A stretch of 64,000 nucleotides of DNA, taken from the NCBI GenBank assembly GCA_035513335.1, contig DATKCE010000017.1, positions 13,255-77,254 on the forward strand. Direction: 5' to 3'. Position 1 is the stretch's first letter, and every line of letters starts with the position of its first letter. Below, in pieces: positions 37,773 through 46,128 of this stretch. Below the pieces are notes generated by a model, which ran no database searches, had not been told where the DNA came from, and saw nothing but the letters and a program-made list of their open reading frames with translations. Made by a program: the position numbers and the translations under genes. The stretch is from Acidimicrobiia bacterium (GTDB lineage Bacteria; Actinomycetota; Acidimicrobiia; Spongiisociales; ZC4RG35).

Positions 37773-37813
37773 AAGAGGGGTCGTGTCCAGACCCGGGTCC
37801 GGCACGACCCCTC
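37773..37813 (-). promoter_or_regulatory. Intercistronic stem-loop between the binding-protein and permease genes
   Basis: 12-bp perfect stem agaggggtcgtg / cacgacccctct with a 17-nt loop. No U-tract. Confidence 0.5.
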
Positions 37814-37857
37814 TCTGATCCGCAATTCGAGCTTCTGGTCTCAGTGGTGGCGGAAGA

Positions 37858-39171
37858 CTATCCCTCGGGCCATGGAGCCTTGGGATAGATGGGGTCTGCG
37901 GTACGTTGGTCGGTGTAACCGACGATCTCGAACTCACCGTCCTGCCACTGCCCGATTTGGCCGGGGTAGACGGGGTTCACCTGATTCTCGAAGCTGAAGG
38001 ACCCGAGAATCGTATCGAACTCCGTCGTGTCGAGAGCCTCCTTGACCGCGATCGGATCGAGTGTGCCCGCCGCCTCGATGGCCTGCTGCAGGATCTCTCC
38101 CGATGCGTAGCAAGCGGCTGACGCCCACCTGTCGGGCTCGACACCGTGCATCTCGACATGACGGTCGAAGTAGCCCTGGGCGTCGTCTGCGTCGACGGTC
38201 GGGTTCCAGGCGCCGGTGCCGATGACTCCCTCGGCGGCCTCGCCGAACGCATCCCTATACGGCGGGAACGCGACACCGACTGCTGCCATGAAGAGATTGG
38301 GGTTGAAACCTATCTCCATCGCCTGGCCGGTCATCAGGAACGTCTCACCCGGGTAGGAGAAGGCGAGGAACGCATCTGGTTCCGCAGCCTGGACCGCCCT
38401 CAGTGTCTGGGAGAGGTCCTCCGGATTGGGCGAATAGGTCTCCTTGATGACCACCTCGATGCCTGCCGCTTCCAACGCCGGCTCCACTACCTCGTTGAAC
38501 TCGAGGCCGAACTGATCCGTGTGATGGATGATCCCGGCCGTTTGCACTCCGAGTTCCTCGAGCAACTCGACCAGAGCCGCACCCTGATCGGATGCCTGAT
38601 TCAACACCGTGTAGAAGTAAGGGAAGTTCTCGGAGTTCTCCACCAGGTCGCGATGACCTACGGTGCACCCGAGAACCGGAGTCTGGGCATCACTGATGTC
38701 CTGTGCTATCGCGAAGTTCGCCGCGGTGCCCCATGGTGGGAGGATGAAGTGGATGTCCTCGTTGGCGATCATCTGCTGGATCAGTTGCACCGCAGTACCG
38801 ATGTCGCTGGTGTCGTCCACCCTCTCGATGCGAACCGGGATCTGGCGGTCGTACTCGGCGACAAAGATGCCTCCAGCCGCATTCACGTCCGCCGCCCACA
38901 GGTCGTAGGACGGGATCTGAGACAGGCTGGCACCGGCGTTGTTGGGCCCGCTCAATGCGATGGGGTTCCCGAACACGATCTCGTCCGGTCCCTCCATCTG
39001 CTCAGCCTCAGTGGTGTCGGGGCTTTCCGCCTCGGTCGTGTCCGGGCTCTCGGCCTGGGTCGTCTCGGGCGCCGGCTCCGTGGTGTCGGTTGTGTCCGCC
39101 TCCACGCATGCGGTCAGCACGAGCGCGAGCACCACGGTCATGACCGGGATCACACGCAGCTTGACTCTCAT
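37858..39171 (-). CDS. HAAT-family (LivJ/K-like) substrate-binding lipoprotein
   Basis: GAGGAGGAG RBS before ATG 39171. Lipobox LVLTAC. Linker with a duplicated TTEAESPD unit. Periplasmic binding protein type I body. Confidence 0.8.
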   Translation of the reverse strand: MRVKLRVIPVMTVVLALVLTACVEADTTDTTEPAPETTQAESPDTTEAESPDTTEAEQMEGPDEIVFGNPIALSGPNNAGASLSQIPSYDLWAADVNAAGGIFVAEYDRQIPVRIERVDDTSDIGTAVQLIQQMIANEDIHFILPPWGTAANFAIAQDISDAQTPVLGCTVGHRDLVENSENFPYFYTVLNQASDQGAALVELLEELGVQTAGIIHHTDQFGLEFNEVVEPALEAAGIEVVIKETYSPNPEDLSQTLRAVQAAEPDAFLAFSYPGETFLMTGQAMEIGFNPNLFMAAVGVAFPPYRDAFGEAAEGVIGTGAWNPTVDADDAQGYFDRHVEMHGVEPDRWASAACYASGEILQQAIEAAGTLDPIAVKEALDTTEFDTILGSFSFENQVNPVYPGQIGQWQDGEFEIVGYTDQRTADPIYPKAPWPEG

Positions 39172-39372
39172 TGCTACTGGTCTCCTCCTCGCTTCGAATG
39201 CCAGCGCCAGCGAGCCGATCGGCCGAACCGGGATCCGAGCCAATGTACGCATAGCGCCCATCCGTACGATGAGCGTACACTATGGTTGTCGGACGCGTCG
39301 GAGGAACTTGATGACTGCTCCACCGGGGGGCACCACTAGTCGAGAAGCGATTCGGGACAGAGGAGGACCGAG

Positions 39373-40830
39373 ATGATCGCCAAGAAACAGAAGATGTTCA
39401 TCGGGGGAAAGTGGGTCGACTCCACCTCGGGCGAGAGCTTCGACGACCTCAACCCGTTCACCGGCGAGGTCTACGCCAAGGTCCCGGCGGGTACGAGGGA
39501 GGACGCCAGACAGGCCATCGATGCCGCGAAGGCGGCCTTCCCGGACTGGGCCGAGTCGCCGCCGGGCATGAGGCGCGGGATATTCCTCAAGGCCGCCGAC
39601 ATCATGGAGCGGCGCCAGGACGAGCTCGTCAAGGCGATGATGGAGGAGGTCGGTGGGACCATCGGGATCTCCATGTTCCAGATGGGCTTCGTTCCGGGTT
39701 TGTACCGGATGGCGGCAGGCGCGGGTTACGACGTCAAGGGTGAGATCATCCCGGCCGACCACGCCAACTCGTTCTTCATGGCGATACGCCAGCCCGCCGG
39801 AGTGGTGGCTTGTTTCGCTCCTTTCAACGTTCCCTACATCCTGGGGAGCAGGTCGTTCACCTTTCCCATGGCCTATGGGAACACCATCGTGCTCAAGCCG
39901 TCGGAGGAGGCACCGCTCACCGGTGGCCTACTGCTCGCCGAGATCTTCGAAGAGGCCGGGCTCCCGCCCGGTGTGCTCAACGTGATCACGAGCACCCGCG
40001 AAGAGGCGGCCGACGTCGGGGACGAGATGATCGCCAACCCGGCGGTGAGAAGGGTGTCGTTCACCGGCTCGACAGAGGTCGGGAGAATCATCGCGGAGAA
40101 GGCAGGACGTCACCTCAAGCGGGCGGTGCTGGAGTTGGGCGGCAAGGACCCGCTGATAGTGCTCGGCGACGCCGACCTCGACTATGCGGTCGACGCCGCA
40201 ACCTGGGGTGCATTCCTCCACCAGGGAGAGATCTGCATGTCGACGGAGCGGGTCATCGTGGAGAAGAGCATCGCCAAGCAGTTCACCGAGAAATTGAAGA
40301 AGCGAGCACAGGAGCTCCCGGTGGGAGACCCCACCGACCCGGCGACGGCCATCGGCCCCCTGATCAATCAGGCGGCGGTGGAAAAGGTGCACTCACATGT
40401 TCAGGAGGCCGTGGCCGGAGGAGCGAACCTCGTCACGGGAGGCCAGCACGACAATCTCGTTTACTACCCGACGGTGGTCAGCGACGTCGATCCCGACATG
40501 AGATTGTTCCGCGAGCAGACGTTCGGCCCGGTGGCCCCGATCGTCGTGGTCAAGGACAGGGACGAGGCCCTGGCCGTAGCCAACGACTCGGAATACGGCC
40601 TGTCTGCGGGGATCATCACCAACGACTTCAACCGGGCTCTCGATATGGCCCTGAAGTTGGAGACCGGGATGGTCCACATCAACGACCAGACCGTCAACGA
40701 CGAACCCCAGGCGCCGTTCGGAGGTGTCAAGGGCAGCGGGTATGGACGCTTCGGCGGCGACGCCGCACTCGACGAGTTCACCGAGCTGAGGTGGATCAAC
40801 GTCCAGCGTGTTCCACGCACATTTCCCTAG
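39373..40830 (+). CDS. NAD(P)-dependent aldehyde dehydrogenase (aromatic-aldehyde type likely)
   Basis: GAGGAGG RBS. ELGGKDP and catalytic Cys context GEICMSTERV. Confidence 0.85.
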   Translation: MIAKKQKMFIGGKWVDSTSGESFDDLNPFTGEVYAKVPAGTREDARQAIDAAKAAFPDWAESPPGMRRGIFLKAADIMERRQDELVKAMMEEVGGTIGISMFQMGFVPGLYRMAAGAGYDVKGEIIPADHANSFFMAIRQPAGVVACFAPFNVPYILGSRSFTFPMAYGNTIVLKPSEEAPLTGGLLLAEIFEEAGLPPGVLNVITSTREEAADVGDEMIANPAVRRVSFTGSTEVGRIIAEKAGRHLKRAVLELGGKDPLIVLGDADLDYAVDAATWGAFLHQGEICMSTERVIVEKSIAKQFTEKLKKRAQELPVGDPTDPATAIGPLINQAAVEKVHSHVQEAVAGGANLVTGGQHDNLVYYPTVVSDVDPDMRLFREQTFGPVAPIVVVKDRDEALAVANDSEYGLSAGIITNDFNRALDMALKLETGMVHINDQTVNDEPQAPFGGVKGSGYGRFGGDAALDEFTELRWINVQRVPRTFP

Positions 40831-40880
40831 GGGTTCCCAGAGAGCTTCGCGAATAGGCGCCTCCTGACGGGGGTCGGCCC

Positions 40881-40906
40881 GTTTGACCAGGAGCCACGTC
40901 GGGTAT
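40881..40906 (+). promoter_or_regulatory. SigB/SigF-type promoter motif GTTTGA-N14-GGGTAT
   Basis: Read directly. The -10 ends 9 nt before ATG 40916, implying a leaderless or near-leaderless mRNA. Confidence 0.65.
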
Positions 40907-40915
40907 CGACCTCGC

Positions 40916-41122
40916 ATGGGTGACATCTGGTCGATTCTCCTGGTGGTCCTGGGCCTGTTCGCTCTCTACGCCGGCATAAAGCTGGCGACGGGGAACAAGC
41001 CGTGGGCCGACGATGCCATCGAGCCGACCTCCCCACCCGGCGACCCCGGTGCCGAAGGCATGGGCGTGGTGGGGCCTGGAGACATCTCCCCCGGTGTGCC
41101 CGAAGACGACTCAGAGGATTGA
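40916..41122 (+). CDS. Small membrane protein with an acidic Pro/Gly-rich tail
   Basis: One TM helix IWSILLVVLGLFALYAGI. No SD, but a promoter motif is placed for a leaderless start. Confidence 0.45.
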   Translation: MGDIWSILLVVLGLFALYAGIKLATGNKPWADDAIEPTSPPGDPGAEGMGVVGPGDISPGVPEDDSED

Positions 41123-41139
41123 GGATTCAGGAGGAACAA

Positions 41140-41574
41140 ATGCCCAAGACGCTGCTGTTCAGCATCGGCGTTGCCGCCGGTGCGGTGCTCGCATATCTAT
41201 TAGACCCCGACCGGGGACGCTCCCGTCGGGCCCGGCTCGCCGACCAGGCGGCGGCTCGAAGTCGGGACGTGTCCGACTCGGTGAGGAAGACCGCCGAGTA
41301 CCAGAAGGGAGTAGCGCGCGGAGTCATTCACGAGGTCGCCGACGTCCTTCGCCCGGAGCAGGACTACGACGATGAGACCCTGATGCAGAAGGTCCGCAGT
41401 GAGGCGCTCGGATATTGGGATGGATCCGACGACGTCGAGATCGACATTTCCGACGGCATGGTGCAGGTCACCGGCTCGGTCGACGACGAGGCTGCCCGAG
41501 AGCGTCTCATCGATTTGATCCGTCATGTCGACGGCGTCTCCATGATCGACGACCGCTTGCGAGTGGATGCCTGA
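41140..41574 (+). CDS. YtxH-like / BON-domain stress protein
   Basis: AGGAGG RBS. N-terminal helix plus charged region. C-terminal BON-like DGMVQVTGSVDDEAARERLIDLIRHVDGVSMIDDRLRV. Confidence 0.75.
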   Translation: MPKTLLFSIGVAAGAVLAYLLDPDRGRSRRARLADQAAARSRDVSDSVRKTAEYQKGVARGVIHEVADVLRPEQDYDDETLMQKVRSEALGYWDGSDDVEIDISDGMVQVTGSVDDEAARERLIDLIRHVDGVSMIDDRLRVDA

Positions 41575-41584
41575 CCTTCGGACG

Positions 41585-42070
41585 TCACCTACCGACATTC
41601 AGGCTGCGCCGCTCCAAGAGCACGGTGTCCCGCCATCGCCCAAGATGAGAGCCGATCCTCTCCCGCGTCCCGACGAGGCGGAAGCCGTGCCGGGCGTGGA
41701 GAGTGATGCTGGCTTCGTTTTCGGGGAAGGTGACCGCCTGCAGGGTCCAAATCCCCGCGTTCTCCGAGCACTCGACCAGAGCAGCGAGTAGTTCCGAGCC
41801 GACCCGGCGCCCCCGCGCCTCAGAGCCGACATAAACACTCACCTCGGCCACTCCTCGATAGACGCTCCGCCGCGACACCGGACTGAGCGCAGCCCATGCG
41901 ACGACGTCTCCTGCGACCTCGGACACCAGACGACAGTCCTCGAGATGCCCAGAGTCCCACACCTCCCAGTCCGGCACCTCGGTCTCGAAGGTCGCGTGAC
42001 CACTCTCGATGCCTTGCGCGTAGATCCGGGCGACGGACGGCCAGTCGGATGGAACCATCTCCCGGACCAT
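41585..42070 (-). CDS. GNAT N-acetyltransferase (phosphinothricin-acetyltransferase-like)
   Basis: MVREMVPSDWPSVARIYAQGIESGHATFE... followed by the GNAT core RGRRVGSELL. Confidence 0.7.
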   Translation of the reverse strand: MVREMVPSDWPSVARIYAQGIESGHATFETEVPDWEVWDSGHLEDCRLVSEVAGDVVAWAALSPVSRRSVYRGVAEVSVYVGSEARGRRVGSELLAALVECSENAGIWTLQAVTFPENEASITLHARHGFRLVGTRERIGSHLGRWRDTVLLERRSLNVGR

Positions 42071-42077
42071 CCGGGGC

Positions 42078-42494
42078 TCAGGTCCAGACGGCGAGGATCG
42101 CAGCCACGATGGCGTAGGCGATGACGGCGTTGAGCCCATTGATCAGGAAGTACGAGCCACCCTTGCGTTCGTACACCTGGTTGACCAGGGCACCGACCAT
42201 CCCGAACCCGACCCCGAGCACTGCGCCGAGGACGATGCCGTCGCCAACAGTCATCGCACTGGTCGCCGCCACCAGCAACCCGATCACCACCGTGGTGACG
42301 AAGTAGCCGATCAGGGTAGGGATGAACAGGAGTGCTAGGGGCGGTCCCTCCCCTGTCATGTCGACCCCGGCTGCCTTCGCCCAGGCCTGGCTGAGAGGAG
42401 GGATCGAGTACCAGATCGCGGAGAAGACGAACCAGACGAGCGTGGCCACGATCACCGCCAGCCAGTTCAACTCGCCGAACAGTTCGAGAATCAT
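42078..42494 (-). CDS. DUF1761 membrane protein
   Basis: ELNWLAVIVATLVWFVFSAIWYS and four TM helices. The upstream part of the track ORF has no support. Confidence 0.65.
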   Translation of the reverse strand: MILELFGELNWLAVIVATLVWFVFSAIWYSIPPLSQAWAKAAGVDMTGEGPPLALLFIPTLIGYFVTTVVIGLLVAATSAMTVGDGIVLGAVLGVGFGMVGALVNQVYERKGGSYFLINGLNAVIAYAIVAAILAVWT

Positions 42495-42599
42495 GATCGT
42501 CCTTTCTAGGAGTATCCGGCGAACAGTAGAGAAGATGTCTCGCCGGGCGCCGGTGTTCGGCCAATGCCGCACGCACCCAACCCGACGTACACTCGTGTC

Positions 42600-43637
42600 A
42601 TGGAGTCGAGATCCCTGGGCACCTCCGAGCTGAACGTGAGTGTCTTCGGGATCGGGTCGATGACGTTCGGAGCCGAGTCGGACGAGGCGACATCCCGTGC
42701 GATCCTCGACCGCTACTTCGACGCCGGGGGCAGGTTCATCGACACTGCCGACGTCTACAGCCGGGGTGTGTCCGAGGAGATCATCGGGCGCTGGCTTCAC
42801 AGAGCCGGTGCCCGTGACGAGGTCGTCATCGCCACCAAGGCCCGATTTCCCATGGGTGACAGACCCGACATGCGCGGGGCAGGCTCGGACTACCTCGAGC
42901 GAGCCGTCGATGCCAGTCTAAAGCGTCTCGGTGTCGACGCCATCGACCTGTACCAGATGCATGCCTGGGATCCCGATGTGCCGATCGACGAGACTCTCGG
43001 TGCCCTGAACTCGTTCGTGGAGGCGGGGAAGGTCCGCTTCATCGGCTTGTCCAACTACACCGGCTGGCAGGTCGAGCGAGCCGTCCAGGTCTCCAGTCAC
43101 AACCGCTGGGCTGCGCCGGTGTCCCTCCAGCCGCAATACAACCTCCTCGCCCGAGACATCGAGTTGGAAATCCTCCCGGCCAGCATCGAGAACGGCCTGG
43201 GCCTGCTCCCCTGGTCACCTCTGGGTGGCGGGTGGCTGACGGGGAAGTACTCACGGGAGAGCCGTCCGATCGGTGAGACCCGCCTCGGTGAAGATCCCAA
43301 CCGTGGGGTCGAGGCGTACGACCGACGCAACACCGACCGGACCTGGAGCATTCTCGCCGAGGTGGCGGTGATCGCCGAGGGACGCGGGGTGACCATGAGC
43401 CAGGTTGCCCTCAACTGGCTGCGCAACCGGCCGTCGGTGTCGTCGGTGCTCGTCGGAGCCCGGACCGTCGAGCAACTAGACGACAACCTGCGTGCCCTGG
43501 CTTGGAATCTGGAGGACGAGGAGATGGAGGCGCTGACCCAGGTGAGCGCACCGGGAGTCCCCGACTACTTGCACGGATTCCTCCGCGACGAGGCCGGAGT
43601 CGACATCTGGCGGCGTCTGGGGACCGAGGCGACCTGA
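42600..43637 (+). CDS. Aldo/keto reductase
   Basis: GIGSMTFG, IDTADVYS and IDLYQMHAWD signatures. Confidence 0.85.
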   Translation: MESRSLGTSELNVSVFGIGSMTFGAESDEATSRAILDRYFDAGGRFIDTADVYSRGVSEEIIGRWLHRAGARDEVVIATKARFPMGDRPDMRGAGSDYLERAVDASLKRLGVDAIDLYQMHAWDPDVPIDETLGALNSFVEAGKVRFIGLSNYTGWQVERAVQVSSHNRWAAPVSLQPQYNLLARDIELEILPASIENGLGLLPWSPLGGGWLTGKYSRESRPIGETRLGEDPNRGVEAYDRRNTDRTWSILAEVAVIAEGRGVTMSQVALNWLRNRPSVSSVLVGARTVEQLDDNLRALAWNLEDEEMEALTQVSAPGVPDYLHGFLRDEAGVDIWRRLGTEAT

Positions 43638-43775
43638 GGGGCCCGTTCTCCTCAAATCACCGCCAGCGCTTCCAGTGTTTGCACCGGCGTCTCGTTGAAG
43701 GCAGGCAGATCGCGGGTCTCACGGATCGCGGCCCAGGAGCGCTCTCTCAGCAGCTGCTTGTCAACGGATCTGGTG

Positions 43776-44234
43776 CTACTTGCCCGTCAACCTGGCAATG
43801 TTGTTCATCTCGTCTTCGTCCGGGGCGTCCACACCGAGGAAGGCATCGACACACTCCACGGCGACGGCCGGAGCAATTCGCTTGAGACTCATGGTGAGGA
43901 CGTTGGCGTCGTTCCAGCGGCGAGCATTCTCGGCAATCCACGGGTCGGACGCCTGGGCGGCCCTCACCCCCGGCACCTTGTTGGCGGCGATGGCGGTTCC
44001 GGTCCCAGTCCAGCACATGAGGACTCCGTAGTCAGCCTCCCCGTCGGCCACCGCCCGAGCCACTGCCTCGGACATCCCGGGCCAGGAATCCCCCGAGCCC
44101 AGTTCGATGACCTCAGCCCGGTCACTCAGTCTCGCCCGGACCGCCTCGACACACTCGTTGGAATCGTCGGCGGCGAAGGCAACACGCATGAGAGTGAGTG
44201 TATTGGCCATGGCACCGTCACCGACGTCGGCCAT
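43776..44234 (-). CDS. rpiB: Ribose-5-phosphate isomerase B family
   Basis: LMCWTGTGTAIAANKVPGVRAA. Start ambiguous (44234, 44210 or 44189). Confidence 0.8.
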   Translation of the reverse strand: MADVGDGAMANTLTLMRVAFAADDSNECVEAVRARLSDRAEVIELGSGDSWPGMSEAVARAVADGEADYGVLMCWTGTGTAIAANKVPGVRAAQASDPWIAENARRWNDANVLTMSLKRIAPAVAVECVDAFLGVDAPDEDEMNNIARLTGK

Positions 44235-44244
44235 GGCCTGCGCG

Positions 44245-46008
44245 TCAGGCCAAGCCGAAGAGTTCCCACACCCACGTCACCACCACCGTGAGCAACACGA
44301 TCCCCACTATGTCGAGCGCTGCCCCCCGTCGCAGGATTTGGCCTGCGGTATACATGCGGGTGGAGTAGGCGATCATCGTCGGCGGGGTCCCAATGACCAG
44401 TGCGAAGTCGACCGACGAGGCGATTGCCACCACCACGACCATGATCGTCGGGCTCACCCCCACCACCGCCGCCAGAGGTATCGCCATCGGAATCAGGATG
44501 GCGGCCGAGGCGGTGTTCGAGGCAACCGTGGTGAGGAGGAGAGCGAGACCGGCAACCAGGAAGAGAGCGACCAGCTCGGGTAATCCGGCCAGGCCAGAGA
44601 GTCGAGTGGCCACGAAGTCGGAGGCGCCCGAATCGACCAGTGCCAGACCCAAGGTGAGCCCTCCTCCGAAGGTGAGCAAGGCCGGCCATGAGATCCTTCC
44701 CAAGTCCTCGGGCTCGAGACGACGAACCGCGAAGAGAGCCACGGCACCCGCGAGGGCGACCAAACCGGGATGGACACTGTGCCAGGTCTCGGTGAGCCAG
44801 CCCATCGCCACCAGAGCGAAGACCGCTAGCACCACCGTTTGGTCCCCTCGCGGCCGGCCCAGCTCGGCCTTCTCGACCGAGGCCACCCGTCGGACTTCTT
44901 CGAGGTGCCCTGGATCGATACGAACCTCGCTCCGCCACCACAGGTAGACACCCATCACGGGGAGGAAGAGCACGACCATGGGCAACCCGAACCCGAACCA
45001 CTCGACGAAGGAGATGCGTCTCCCCCCGAACTCGCCGAGAAACTCGATGGCGAGCTGGTTGGCCGGGGTGCCGATGGCGCTTCCCACCCCACCGATCGTC
45101 GACGCATAGGCGATGCCCAGGACCAACGCCCTGCGGAAGCCGGGGTGGCGCAAGGGCTCGGTGACCGCCATGGCAATCGGGATGAGCACCGCGGCAGCCG
45201 CAGTGTTCGACATCCACATGGACAAGAACGCCGCCAGGGCGAGCATGCCCCCGAACAGGAACCTGGCGCTGCGCCCCACCCGTGCGGTGATGTTCACCGA
45301 GACCCAATGGTCCAACCCGCTGCGCTTCATCGCCTCGGCCATGAGGAAGCCGGCGAAGAACAAGACGATGATCGGGTTGGCGAACGGGGCGGTGGCGTCG
45401 ACGGGCGACGCCACCCGGCCCACCACGAGTGCCACGGGAATGAGGAGTGAGGTCACGAACAGGGGTACCGCCTCTGTCACCCACATCACGACGACGAACG
45501 CGAGCAAACCGAAGACCAGCTTCGCCGAGTTGGCGGGTCGACGGACCGCATTGAGCGACTCGGAGGCGGCGTCCCAGGACGCCACTGGCACCGGTTCGAC
45601 TCGCCCGTCTGGCAACGTCAGGGTCAGGCTGACCTCGTCGAGACCCGGTTCGATGACTATCCCGTCCTCCCGGATCGTTATCTCGGCTTCGACTGGTGCG
45701 CCCGGCGGGATGCCATTCGGATAGCTCAAACCCACCTCGACACCGCCAAAGGCTCCTGACACTTCGATGGGATCGTCGTCTCCGACGACTACCGGCTCGG
45801 TGACCTCGACACCCTGGAAGCGGACGGTGGTGCTGCCCTCCCCGGCCCTCCAGTCGTCAGGAGCGAGCACCGCGACGACAACCCCAACCAGCAGCGCCAG
45901 GGGCGCGACCACGAATAGCTTCGTCCAGCCATCGGTCTGCTCCGACCGCAAGTACCCGGTGACCGACTGGTCGTCGGTAGGACGGTGCTCCTCCCCGTTC
46001 TCAGACAC
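44245..46008 (-). CDS. DASS/SLC13-family anion:Na+ symporter with an extra N-terminal TM helix and exported domain
   Basis: The C-terminal ~440 aa is polytopic and DASS-like. The N-terminal ~150 aa has one TM helix plus a beta-rich segment. Confidence 0.7.
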   Translation of the reverse strand: MSENGEEHRPTDDQSVTGYLRSEQTDGWTKLFVVAPLALLVGVVVAVLAPDDWRAGEGSTTVRFQGVEVTEPVVVGDDDPIEVSGAFGGVEVGLSYPNGIPPGAPVEAEITIREDGIVIEPGLDEVSLTLTLPDGRVEPVPVASWDAASESLNAVRRPANSAKLVFGLLAFVVVMWVTEAVPLFVTSLLIPVALVVGRVASPVDATAPFANPIIVLFFAGFLMAEAMKRSGLDHWVSVNITARVGRSARFLFGGMLALAAFLSMWMSNTAAAAVLIPIAMAVTEPLRHPGFRRALVLGIAYASTIGGVGSAIGTPANQLAIEFLGEFGGRRISFVEWFGFGLPMVVLFLPVMGVYLWWRSEVRIDPGHLEEVRRVASVEKAELGRPRGDQTVVLAVFALVAMGWLTETWHSVHPGLVALAGAVALFAVRRLEPEDLGRISWPALLTFGGGLTLGLALVDSGASDFVATRLSGLAGLPELVALFLVAGLALLLTTVASNTASAAILIPMAIPLAAVVGVSPTIMVVVVAIASSVDFALVIGTPPTMIAYSTRMYTAGQILRRGAALDIVGIVLLTVVVTWVWELFGLA

Positions 46009-46128
46009 CGATCGACTCCATCAGCGCCGGGATGGTAGGTAAGGCGGAACCGGGCCAACCGCCTCAGCCGAGACGACGGTGGTGCACACGAGGTGCGATC
46101 GTCTGTCAGTCGTCTTAGATTCGAGGGG

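Noticed and set aside
39330-39342. gcaccactagtcg upstream of the aldehyde dehydrogenase shares 11 nt with the 25411-25432 palindrome. tggtgcgtcgt also recurs at about 62147 inside the sigma gene.
   Set aside because: Eleven-mer recurrences are expected by chance in 64 kb of GC-rich DNA. One of the hits is inside coding sequence, and neither forms a palindrome.
43640-43775. A ~40-codon open frame on the minus strand ending ...SWAAIRETRDLPAFNETPVQTLEALAVI-stop, between the AKR and rpiB genes.
   Set aside because: There is no start codon in frame after the upstream stop and no recognisable family. It is possibly a gene remnant but cannot be supported.
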